Shown piece after piece: positions 35,656 to 47,610 of a DNA stretch of 64,000 nt. The notes beneath the pieces were generated by a model, which saw nothing but the letters and a program-made list of their open reading frames with translations, did not search any database and had not been told where the DNA came from. The stretch is from Prorocentrum cordatum (Eukaryota): contig CAUYUJ010000017.1 of assembly GCA_963575745.1 (NCBI GenBank), positions 1 to 64,000 of the forward strand, given 5' to 3'. Within the stretch, counting starts at the first letter, position 1; each line of letters begins with the position of its first letter. The translations under genes were made by a program, and so were the position numbers.

Positions 35656-37591
35656 TAAACGCGTAGGGAGGATGTGCACGTACATGGGCACACACACACA
35701 CGTATCTATATCTATTCTAAAAATTTAAACGTTTATATATATATATATATATATAAGACAGAGAAACAACAACAGAGAGAGGCGGAATAGGACACAGACG
35801 ACACATCAGGTCGCAGTGCACCTTCCTGTTCCTGCTGCACTCTGATGTGTCCTGCTCTTCCTCCTCCTCCCCCTATCAGATCCTCCTTGTCATTCTCCGC
35901 CAGCTTCTTCTCCTACTTCTCCTCCACCTCATTCTCTTCTCATGCTCCATGCCCTCTTCCTCCTCCTCCTCCTCCTCCTCCTCCTCCTCCTCCTCCTCCT
36001 CTTCCTCCTTCACGTCCTTCTCCTCCTACTCTTCTCCCTCCTCCTCCTCCTCCTCCTCCTCCTCCTCCTCCTCCTCCTCCTCCACTGTCCTCTTCCCTCT
36101 CCCACTCCGCTTCCTCATCCTCTTCTTTCTTCCCCCGCTGCCCTTACCCACAATTTGTCCGTCTCTTCCCTCCTCCATGCTCCTCCTTCTCCTCAACATT
36201 AGTGTCTCTCCTGTCTCCTCTGCCTCCCCCTCCCCCTTCCGTCTCATTGCTCCTCCTCCTGCCTCTCCCAGGGTTGGCGCGGGATCGCGCCTCCTTCCCG
36301 GTGCGCCCTGCTGTGCCGGCTCCTCTACACACTTCCCCCCACTCCACAATTACCGAATTATCATGAATAGAGCCTGTTTTTTTAAGACTCTGGCAAGTTT
36401 ACTTGCATGGACGGGGGGGGGCTGAGCCTGAAGCAAGCCGCAAACGACTTGGACGTTTGGGGGGGCGCGGGGGTCACGCAAGTCGGGGGCCGCTTGCGCG
36501 CTGGTGCTCGCTTGGGGGGGGGCGGGGGGGGGGGGGGGGGGGCGAACGCCATGCAAGTAAACTTGCCTCAATCCAAAAAAAACAGGCTCATACTAAGTTC
36601 CACTCTCCCCTGGCTCTGTCCGGGGGGTGACCGGCCCTCTCCGCGTACTGATTTTCTTACACGCAAGGTTTCGGGCGGTGGTGTGTCTTGCGGCGTGTTT
36701 TGAAATCCGATAGTTGTTGGTGTTTCAAAGTGGTGCTCCCTCATTTTAGGATCGTCACGCTGCTTTCATCGTTTAAAATGACGCTCTCTCCCCAGCGCGG
36801 GCCACTTTTCTGTATCCGAGTCCTTCTTCATCGTGGTCGCCCCCCATCTCCTCTCCTCCGCAGGATGGCGGCGAGAAAGGAAGCTTGGGAGACAAGCTTG
36901 GTGTGCTCACGCGACGTCCGACATCTATACACTCCCTCCCATCCCTTCCCAATGCGCTGTTTTTTCTCTATCCGCGGACGCGTGTTCTAGCCGACCAACC
37001 TGGAAATCCAAAACAAACCACGCAGTCGGAAAAGGGGAGCTGTGTAATTTTTCACATGGGGAAGAGAAGGTCCGGGGGGGGGCGGGAGGAGGAGGACGAG
37101 GAGGAGGAGGAGGAGGAGGAGGAGGAGGAGGAGGAGGAGGAGGAGGAAGGGGGAGAACGAGGACGAACGGCAGGAGCAGAAGCTGGAGTGGAAGGAGCGG
37201 GAGGAGCTGGAGGATCAGGGGGAGTGCTCCCCCCTCTCTCTTTTGTCCTCCTCCTCCTCCCTCCTCCTCCTCCTCCTCCTCCTCCTCCTCCTCCCCCTCC
37301 TCCTCCTCCAGAAGAGGACGACGACAACCAGAGCCTTCTCTCACTTCTCCGGGCTCCCTCCCTCTCCTCCTTGCCGCCGCAGGGTGCCCGCGCTGGGACG
37401 CGCTGGCGCCCGGGCACCCCGAACGGAGCGGATCCTGGGAGAAGCGGGCCCAGGGGCCCAGGACCAACTGTTCCTTTGAGGGAGGAAAAACGACCCTACC
37501 CTGGGTTACAAGTGCGTGGTCTGTAAACCTCCTGGGAAACCTCAAAGCCTAGAGCCGCCAAGACGCGGCACATCACGCAGGGTCTAGCCTG

Positions 37592-39407
37592 TCAGCCCAC
37601 AGGAGTTTCAGCGAACAGCGCCTCGTAAACCAGGGTAGGGGCGTTCTTTCTGCCCGAAGACCAAACCTGGCGGGCGCAGGCCTGGAACACAACGGCCGCG
37701 GCGCCCTCCCGAGAACCGAAAACGGACAATCCACGAATCGACGTGTCACTGTTGGGGGTTCTTAGGGGGAAAACAAACCTACCTCGCTTTTGACCACCCT
37801 CGCTTCCAAGAGATACCAAGCGATGCCAAACTACGGCCTGTACTGGTCAGGCCGCTCGACGGGGAGGCGCGTGGCATGACTTGTCATTTCCTGGAAGCGA
37901 AAGCGGAGTAATTAGGTAATTCACGCTCTGAGTTCTGTCCGCCCCCGACCTTCCTTCATCCCGAATCCGCCTCCTGACGGCCCCGGGAGCCCGCCGGGGG
38001 CCCCGGGAGGCCCAGGGCGGCAGAGCCGCCGGGCCCCCCCCTCTCCCCCTCGAGGCCCCCGGGCGCGAGCCCGCGCGGCGGCGGCGCCCCACGCGCGGGC
38101 GCGGCCGCCTCCCGCGCGCCGGCCGCCAGGGAGGCGAGGCAGCATCGGCGCCATCGCATTCCAGAGCGCTCCCCCTCCACACCCCTCACTCCTGCCTCCT
38201 CTCGTGCCGGGCGAAGGGGGGGGGGGGGGATAGCAAAGGGGGGGTTCGAGAATCAGCTCACGGAGCTGATTTCCCCAGCGCCTCTCGGCGCCGGAGGCGG
38301 TCATGCATCGAGGAACGGGCCCCGGGCCCCTCGGCGGGGCCGGGGCCAGCGGCGCGCGGCGGGTTTCGTTCCCCCCCCCCTTTTTTTCGTCTGGCCCGGT
38401 CCTCTCGCGCCTCCTCCTCGCGCCTCCTCCTCGCGCCTCCTCGCGCCTCCTCGGCCTCCTCGTCGTCTGCAGGGGCGGCCGCGGCGGTGCCCCCGCGGCG
38501 GTGCCCCGCGGCGGCGGCCGGCGGCGCCGCCTCGTGGATGCGCTGCAGCAGCTTCTCTAGGCGGCCCAGGCAGTACGAGGCGTTCTCGGGCACCTCTGGC
38601 CGGTCCAGCTCGATGTCCGCCTCCGCGCCGCGGCGCTCGCGGCAGGGTGCTGCGGCAGGGGGGAGCCACCAGTGGGCGCTGCCCCGCTCCCCCAATAGAC
38701 TCGAAGTTGGGCCCGCGCCGGGGGAGACTGCGCGGTCGAAGTGCGACTCGCCAGACCCACCGCCAACTCTGCACGGTGGGGGGGAGGGGGGAGGCGTTGA
38801 CCGATGCATGTGGCATGCGTGTTCGCTGTTTCTTCCCGAGGCCTGAACCGTCGGGTGCTGGAAACGCCCTTTTTAGGGGCATCCTCGGGGCGCCCTGTGG
38901 CGGGGGGGGGGAGGGGGAAGGGGGAGGGAGGGTGGAGGGGGGAACGCGCAACTAACTAGTCCGGGCGCCCCCGGGCGCGACGCGAGCCGCAGCGCCTCGC
39001 GCCTCGCGGCTTCCGCGCCGCCCGCCCGGGCCGGCGGCGCCAGGGGCAGGGCGGCGGCGCGCGGCGGCAGCGCCGGTGCGGCGGCGCGGGATGCTGGGGA
39101 CGCGCACGTGGCTCCAATCGTGCCCTCGCCATCGCTCGGACGTCCATTCCCTGTGTTTTTTTTCGGTTTCGTGCGTGTTTCTTTCGCCAAATGATCAAGG
39201 ATGCTCCTCGATGGTCCTCGCCGAGGGGGGGCAGCACACGTCCGAGCGATGCCAAGTGCCTGGAGCAGCCGGAGGTTCACGGGCTGGATGCGCATGCGGA
39301 GATGCGGAGGCCCGACGTGCACGGCCACACAAACGGGCCGAGCGCTGGAACACGGGAGCTGGCCGCAGGCGTAGTTGTCCGCTCCTCGCCCAGGCCAGCC
39401 GGGCCAC
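37592..39407 (-). CDS. Candidate exons of an unknown multi-exon gene: 39407-39260, 38620-38456, 37681-37592
   Basis: GC3-rich frames join in phase at AG|GC junctions (..NLRLLQ|ADIELDRPEVPENASYCLGRLEKLLQRIHE..DDEE|ACARQVW..ETPVG*). No recognisable domain. Confidence 0.35.
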
Positions 39408-40507
39408 CTGCATCTGGCCAGCTCGAGGACGCAGGAGGAGGAGGAGGAGGAGGAGGAGGAGGAGGAGGAGGAGGAGGAGGAAGAGGAGGAGGAGGAGGAG
39501 GAGGAGGAGGAGGAGGAGGAGGAGGGGGTCAGTCCGAAACCGGGTCGGTCGGGCCCTGCAGGATCCTGCAACAGCCTCCAGGACCTTGCAGAGTCCTGCG
39601 CGCAGACCCGGGGTCGGTGCACCCCTTGCCCTGCAGGATCCTGCAAGACCTGGCGCTCTGGCTGACCCCCGTTTGCATTGACCCCCGTCTCTTGAGCCCT
39701 TATGCCAGCTTTAGGTCGGGCGTGTCCTCCTACAGGGGGGATATTGGACGAAAAATGACAAAGATCCCCCAACTATACTCGACAAATGCTAGAAAAGTCG
39801 TCCCAAGACTATTTTTGACTGTTTTCCATGTTTCTCCTGTAGAGGGACGCGCCCGACTTGATGCCAGCTCCCGCCAGGCTCCCGAGGGGCCTTGTGACCA
39901 GGCTGCTGGCAGGTTGTGCCAGCAGCCCCAGGACCTGCCTCCTCCTCCTCCCTCCTCCTCCTCCTCCTCCTCCTCCTCCACCCTCCCCCTCCTCCCCTCC
40001 TCCTCCTCCTCCTCCTCCTCCTCATCCTCCTCCTCATCCCTCCTCCTCCCCTGCCTCCTGCTCCTCCTCCTCCTCTCCTCCTCCTCCTCCTCCCCCCCTC
40101 CTCTCCCCTCCTCCTCCTCCTCCTCCCTCTCCTCCCTTCTCCTCCTCCTCCTCTCTCCCTCCTCCTCCTCCTCCTCCACCCTCCCCTCCTCCTCCTCCTC
40201 CTCCTCCTCCTCCTCTCCTCCTCCTCCTCCTCCTCCTCCTCTTCTCCTCCTCCACCCTCCCCCTCCCCTCCCCCTCCCCCCCTCCTCCTCCTCCTCCGCC
40301 CTCCTCCTCCTCCTCCTCCTCCTCCTCCTCCTCCTCCTCCTCTCCGTGCCGACTGGCGGCCAGCTATCCGCCTTCGCTCGGCAGCGCGCCAGGGAGCCCG
40401 TCCTCGGGCGGCCCCAGCAGATCATCAGGTTCGGGCTTCCGGCTTCGGGAGCGCGGCTTCGGGCGCCAGAACAGCAACACACCATGTCCTAGCCTCGAAC
40501 GTAATTA

Positions 40508-40629
40508 TCCCTATCCCTAAGATTGACACGCCAAAAGGCGATGCCAATCTTAGGGATTCGCCCTCAAAAAATAAGCGAATCCCTAAGATTGGCACCGTGA
40601 TGAGGAGGTGCCCAGCATAGGGATAGGGA
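40508..40629. mobile_element. 122-bp TA-flanked MITE-like element with nested inverted repeats
   Basis: TA|TCCCTATCCCTA...TAGGGATAGGGA|TA, plus an internal perfect 20-bp inverted repeat (40542-40561 / 40575-40594). Confidence 0.6.
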
Positions 40630-43519
40630 TATGTTCCAGGCTGGTAAACAATCCCGACGAGAAAACAAACCTGGAGGTCGACGGGATGCCCGGGGTCCAA
40701 ATCGAGCCGCCAAATGTCTAGGCTGGCTGCGCGCTGGATGGGGTGGGAATACCCCTGCGTCGTTTAAGGGCCCCAGGGACACGCAAAAAAATACACACTA
40801 ATCCCAGGCTGCCCCACAGTTTCCCATGTTTTCTGGGTTCTCGTCTCCTACCCCATCTCCCATGCTTTCCTATCTTTTCCGGGCAGTCGACGATTGATTG
40901 TGGCTGTGTCAGTTTTTACCCTCCTGATCTGGGCTAGCTTTAGGTCAGGCCTGTCCCCCTCCAGGGGGATTTTCGACGAAAACTAAAAAATATTCAAAAC
41001 AAATAAGATAAAAAAATATCCAAAAATAGCCTGGAAACTATTGTTTGAATATTTGTTGGCCTTTGGGGGGAATTTTTGTGGTATGTTTTATGTTTCGTGG
41101 AAAATCCCCCTCCAGGGGGACAGGCCCGACATAAGGCGAGCTGCACGCTGGAGGGGGTGGGAACACCCGCTCGTCGTCACGGCGACGCGGCGCGAGAGGC
41201 GGGCCAGGGCGAGTCCCAGGAGGTCGGGAGACTGGCCTGGGCCGGCGCTGGTCGGACCTGGGGTAAAGAGGGGGCCCTTCTGAGAGTGCTCCCCGACCGC
41301 GAACGACACCCCTGCGCCCCCTTTTACCCTACTTCTGCTCGGCTTCGGCTACCCTGCGCATTCCCCTCCCATTCGCTGCATTCCCTTCCCCACCTCCTTC
41401 TGCCCTCTCCCACGCACCCCTCGTTACCTCACCCTCCTTTTCCTCCTGTGGACCCTTCCGCACACACTCATCGTTACCTGCCGCCGTATCCGACCTAGTT
41501 GGGTGATTTCTGATCGCGCCCCCATATAGGAACCAAATCACGTCTAATTGCCCCCGCTCTGTTTGGAGGTACCTTGGGCATCCTACTGATCCTGCTTGAG
41601 CTCCAGCTCCTCCTCGTCCCTCCTCCAACCCTTCCTCCTCTTGGTCCTCCTCTTGGTCCTCCTCTTGGTCCTCCTCCTCCTCCTCCTGCTCCTCCTCCTC
41701 CTGCTCCTCTGTATCTTTCTCGTGCCCTATCGCGCGCCGCCCGTCTCCAGGTCGCCACCCTCACCCTTACCCTCCCACCCCCCTCGTACTCGTCCTCCGC
41801 CACCCTGCCTTCCCATTGGCAGGATTACTCGACTCTTCTCTTTCTTCTCTGGACCCTCCACCACGTACTCCTCGTTACCCCCGCCGCACCCGTCTTCACC
41901 CCCTCACTCCTCACCCACCTCACCACGTTCTCCCCATCCTGAGCCTCCTGGTCCTCCTCCTCCCCCCCGCCCCCACCCTCTCCACAACCCCTGCAGCCTC
42001 TCCCGCATACTCCTCCACCTCGCCCCCTCGCTCACCTCTAGCATCCTTGCTCTTCTCCCTCCTGCCCCTCCGCATCGTCTGCAATCTCTTCTCCCAAATT
42101 GCATTGCTGCTTCTGGAATGGCCGGAAGCCGTCCCGGGTGTATGCCAACGCGGTGCAGGTGCGGGACCTCACTGCATGTTCCCGGCGTGGACGGGGCCGT
42201 TCTGGTTCGGGCCTCTGCGTTCCTGGTGTCGGCGAGCAGGTTTTGGTTGTGAGCTGCTGTTCCTGGTGTGATCTCTGACCCACAGGAGCCCAAGGCTGTC
42301 CAAAGACGGCTCAAAATGAGCTCCAAGAGAGCTCCTCAACATGTCAAAAACAAATGGTGCCACGTTTGGCTGCCTTTCGTTTGAGCTGTGCTATCCGGCT
42401 GGCTGAGCTGTCACGGTGACGGACTGCCCCAATGCAGATGGCTTATGTGTATATATTTATACACACAGTTATACATTTGTACATCCCCAGGCCGTAAGTT
42501 TTTCCTCTTGAACAAAAAATGTGAGAACACCGATGGATCCAATTTGACCCTTTTTTCGTGTGTGCGACAGCGTCGTGGATCTTATTTCTGTGTTGCGCGG
42601 ATCCAATTTCCAGCATGTGAAAACCAATGGATCCATTTACTTTCCGGAAATAAATAGAATGATTAGCATCCCGGAACCAGGGGAAATAGGATCCGCGGGG
42701 CACCGCACGTGAAGCATCATACCATCCGCGGAACAGCGCATCTGCTGACCAAAGCTAACTATAATTATACGGGGGAGGGAGGTCTTCCCAGGACAGAGGG
42801 GGGAACGAGTAGGGAGGAGGCACGAGGATGGGGCAGGAGGGGAGAAGGGACGGGATGCTGTTGCGTCCGACATTTGGGGCTCAAGAGAAACATCTTTCGG
42901 CCTGCGTGAGACATCTATAAATGTATGTGTGTACGTATGTATATAGATACACACATACATCTACATAGTAGGTGTGTGCATATGTATACACGAGATCACA
43001 TGTAATCAAGCGTGGACCTCAAGTAACTTATTCTAGCATACTCTGCGATGTGATATGTGCGATGCAGCCCGCGCAATACAATAGATCCAGTGCAGCCCAT
43101 ACAGTGCCAATCCATGCGAAACAATCTCCGAAACAGAATCGATTTGACGCAACCGTCGCACCACACTGAATGCGCCACGTGCTTTGTGCCCGTCTGTGCT
43201 ATGCTATGCTATACGAAACTCAACGGGGTTATGCTTAGCTATGCTGTCATAAGCCGTTCTATGCTGTGCTATGCTATGCACGAGGACGAGTGCAAGTGGA
43301 CGAGCGCAAGAGGCGGCAACGGACGTCGGCGTTGGGCGGCGACGGGCGGCGACGAGCCGGCTGGACCGGCACCAGCGCCCGGAGCGGCACCGGGGCCCCT
43401 GAGTGCAAGCACAGCTTGAAGAACAAATGTATCGGTATGTTTGCCAGCGTGGACCCCAAACAAAATGTATTGCACTGTGGATGTGCAAGCTATGCAGTCT
43501 ATGCTATGTGGCGGAAAAG

Positions 43520-45190
43520 GCGGCAACGAGGCGACAACGAAGAAACACCAACCAGGCACCAGCCGACATCCCGACACACCCACTCAGCGCACGAGGCGGC
43601 AACGAGGGGGCACCAACTGGGCATCCCCCAAAACACCGACACACCCACCCAGCCGAAGATGCGGCGACGAGGCGGCAAACCATAGCATCAACGGGGCACC
43701 AGCAGAAACCCTGACACACCCAATCAGCGCACAAGCCAGCAAAGAGGCAGCAACGAGGCAGCAACGAGCTAGCAACAACCGAGCACCAGCCCTAACCCAG
43801 ACACACCCACCCAGCGCACGAGATGGTAACGAGGCGGCACCAATCAGGCACCAACCGACACTCCGAACCACGCACCCAGTGCACGAGGTGGCAACAAGGC
43901 GGCAACGAAGCTGCGACGAAGCGGCACCAACCGAGCACCAGCCAAACACGCGACACACCCAACCAACGCACGATGTGGCAACGAGGCGGAAACAGGACGG
44001 CACCAACGAGGAACCAACCGAACCCCTGACAAACCCATCCAGTTCCTTAATAAAACGAATGAGAACCGCTAAATGCAAGCACTGTTCTGGGAACGCGCAC
44101 ACACACACACACACACGTGTGTATATATATATATACACACATAGATCCCCCAATCAGAGCTTGCCTCTGTAAGGGGTCCTAGCGGACTCACATGCCTTAT
44201 AGCCGAATAGGCCTATAGCCCTATAGCCTTATATAGCCCTCTAGCCCTGTCGCCCACATACCCTATAGTTCTATAGCCATATAGTCCGATAGCCCTATAG
44301 CCCTAGAACCCAATAGCCCTATAGCCCCATAGCCCTATGGCCCTGTAGCCCAATAGCCCTACAGCCCTATATCTCTATAGCTCTATAGCTCTGTTGCCTT
44401 TATCGCACTATAGCCCTACAGCTCTATATGCATATAGCCCTACAGCTGTCTAGCCTCATTGCCCTACATCCTTATAGATATACAGCTCTGTGGTTCGATA
44501 GTCATATAGTTTCAGAACCTCATAGTTCTATGGCCTTATAGCCCCATTGCCCTATAGCCCAACAGCCCCATTGTCTTATAGCCCTAAAAAGCTTTGTTTC
44601 GGCTGTTCTATGGTACGATATATGTATATATATAAGTATATATGACAGATATCCAAATGTATGTGTGTATCTACCCATATGCACATGCACATGTACATTT
44701 AACCAGCGGGGGCGCAACACAATGTGATTCCTGCCGTACAGATTGCACAACGGGGCTGGAACAGTATAAGTTGTGCGGTAGGTGTTGTGAAATACATGTA
44801 GTGCAATGTTTGGTTGGCAATTTATGGTGTGAAATCGATGTAGTGCCATCGATGTGGTGGGATATGCAAGATTTGTTGTGCAATCGTTGTCATACAAATT
44901 ATGTTGCGCACTCCGCGTGGTGAAATCTACGTGGCACAATGTGGTGCAACAGGCGCTGTGCTAAACATATGCCTAGATGTGCATTTCATATAAACACAAG
45001 GTGGTGCAATATATGCTGTGCAACCTGCGCGGTGAAATATATGTGCTGCAACTTACGTGGTAGACAATAATGTACTGCAACCTATGTGGTGCAAGCTGCG
45101 GGCTGTATTCTTCGTTGTGCGCTCCATGTTGCGCAAGCGACGTTGTGCACTATATGTGGTGCAACTCATGTGGCGCAACGAATACTCATT
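43520..45190. repeat. Block of degenerate satellites: ~60-bp GAGGCGGCAACGAGG..CACCAACC unit (43520-44035), (TATAGCCC)n (44200-44585), TGTGGTGCAA-type repeats (44700-45190)
   Basis: Recurring motifs visible in each sub-block. Confidence 0.8.
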
Positions 45191-46113
45191 GCGCGCGCAA
45201 CCGCCACGCCCACCCACCCGCAGCTCGATTTGCAAAACAACCCATGAGGCGGCGATTGCGATGTGTGCTTACTGCTGCCTGGTATATTTGCGCGGCCACG
45301 CCAGCCCACGCATGCTCGCGCGCGCACTGGCCACCTAGCCCGGCGTGACCGACGCGGCCGCGGTGGCGCAGATCGATGGGCACTTCCCAGCACATCTCGC
45401 AGGCCGGGTTGACACGCGGGCACTTCAATGCGAATCGGTGAATTGGGCGGGCGCGAAATCATGGCGACGTCGACAACGGTAGACACAATGATAGTAGTAT
45501 CGATGACGGTTGCGATGATGACGACAACGATGGCAAAGCCAATGACGGCGCCGATGCTGATCACCCCGATGGCGATGATGGTGTCCTCATGTCGGTGCTG
45601 AAGTTTGTGGTGAGATTTAGACATGCGCGCGCGACCGACGCGCCCGGGTGGCCCGCATGGAACTGTTTGACAGGGATCACGCCCCCCCCCCCGCACACAG
45701 CACGCGCGCAAGGCACCGGCCGCGCGCGCATGTCGAAATCCTGGCCCAACCTGCATCACCCACGCGAAGACGCCGTCATTGTCGCCGGCGTGATCAGCAT
45801 TGGCGCCGTCACTGGCCTTGCCGTCGTCGTTGTCACACTCGTCACCAACATGGTTTCTGTCATCATCGTGTCTACCTTTGTCGACGTTGCCATGAAACCG
45901 CGCCCGCCCGCTGGGAAATGCCCAGCGGTCAGCGCCACCACGGCCGAGTCGGTCGCGCCAAACTAGGTGACCGCTGCGCGCGAGCATGCGCGGGCAGGCG
46001 CGGCCGCAGAGATGCACCAGCCAGCGCCGAAGCACACATCGCGATCGCCGCCGCATGGGTTTTGTCAACCAAGTTGCGGGTGGGTGGGTGGATTGGCTGC
46101 GCGAGCAGTGGAG
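45185..46113. repeat. Long imperfect inverted repeat (foldback), arms about 45185-45638 and 45717-46113
   Basis: Colinear reverse-complement matches, e.g. CCCATGAGGCGGCGATTGCGATGTGTGCTT vs AAGCACACATCGCGATCGCCGCCGCATGGG, and GACATGCGCGCGCG vs CGCGCGCGCATGTC. Confidence 0.85.
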
Positions 46114-47044
46114 TGGATAACTCACTGCGAACAAAAATTATTTACACCACATAGATTGCTTCACCTAGACTACACAACCAATACGGTTAGAAACGCACTG
46201 TTTGGCGTCCACGGAGGTAGTAGGATTCGGCTGACAGGGTCCCGTGCCGCGAGGCACTGAGCGAAGTGTCCTGAAGTCCCTAAGAGTCCTCCATAATGGC
46301 TACCGAACACTCTGTCGAAGGTGGCCCACAGCCCCGTGTTCTGGGCGATCCTGGGCGCTTTTGAGAATCCGCGCGTGTCCCCGCGGTTTCCTGCGTGACT
46401 CTTCCGGAGGCAAGAGGACTCCAAGATGGGCCACGAGGCCCCCAAGACGCCCCGAGAGGGCTCCAACAGGGCCCCGAGAAGCCAAAAGAATTGATTGTCC
46501 TTCGGTTTTGAAGGATATCAGCGGCGTTCTCCTCCAAGACGGCCCAAGAGGCCTCCAGGATCGCCCGAAGACGGCTCAAGAGGCGCCCAAGAGGGTCCCG
46601 AGGCGGCCCCAGACAGTCCAAAGAGGGCGCCAGGAAGATGAACTCGAACTGACAGGTCGCGCTCCCCGCCCCAAGACCAACCCCGAGACCGCCTGCAGGC
46701 TTCCCAAGGGCCCCCCCCCCGCAAGCCCCAGCAGTCTCCCAAGAGGCCCAGATCAGGCGCAATGAAGCACCCGAGAGGCCCCCGAGACACCCCGAAAACT
46801 GCCTCCAAGAGGCTTCCGAGAGGCCTCCCATGATGTCCCCCACAGGCATCCAAGAGGCCTCTGACCTACCACCCAGGCACGGCGGCAGGATGGTCCGAAC
46901 GCCACTGTACATGTGTGTGTATATATATATATATATATATGTGTTAGCCCGCGTGGACCCCAAAGCTTTGCTGTCTAGGTCGTGCTCTCAGTGTGGTGCA
47001 ATACAGGTGGTGCAAGCCATGCGTGGCCACGTATGTGGTACAAA

Positions 47045-47350
47045 ACAATGCACAGCAATGCAGAGCAATGCAAACCGATGCAAAGCGATGCAAATCAATG
47101 CACATCAAATCAAAGCAATGCCAAGCAATGCAACGCCAAGCAGTGCCAAGGAATGCTACACCATGCTGGGCAATGCGGAGCCATGCAGAGAAAACCAAAG
47201 CAATGAAACACAATGCCCATCAGTTCGAAGCAGTGCATCGCAGTGCAGAGCAATGCAACGCACTGCACTGCGATGCAGCTCCGTGCAGATCCGTGGAAGG
47301 CGATGCAAAAAGCAAAGCAGCGCCGTGCGAAGCGAGGCAAAGCAATTCAG
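47045..47350. repeat. Degenerate AAGCAATGCC-type ~10-bp satellite; similar block 9365-9505
   Basis: Recurring GCAATGC motif. Confidence 0.8.
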
Positions 47351-47423
47351 CCCGCGGCGACGGTGGCAACGGGCGGCGACGGGTGGCGACGAGCCCGCCG
47401 GACCGCCACTGGGGCTTCGTTTT

Positions 47424-47610
47424 ATGTCGGGCGTGTCCCCCCTACAGGGGGATTTTCCATGAAAAAAAATACCCCCAAAATGCCCCAAAAAGGCCAACAA
47501 ATACTCCAAAAATACTCCCCAGACTATTTTTGGGCTAGTGTTTGACTATTTTTGGGGTATGTTTGATTTTTCGTCGAAAATCCCCCGTGTAGGGGGACAC
47601 GCCCGACTTG
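47424..47610. mobile_element. Family D MITE with ~25-bp TIRs; copies about 8390-8626, 17920-18077, 39713-39860, 40941-41132
   Basis: TIR GTCGGGCGTGTCCCCCTACAGGGGGA / TGTAGGGGGACACGCCCGAC with an AT-rich interior, most copies containing a CCCAGACTATTTT-like motif. Confidence 0.8.

Noticed and set aside
42868..42886. Relict dinoflagellate spliced leader (CATTTGGGGCTCAAG; also GCCACTTTTTGGCTCA near 56842)
   Set aside because: Only partial, gapped matches to CCATTTTGGCTCAAG. There is no convincing downstream CDS, and the second lies inside repeat family H.
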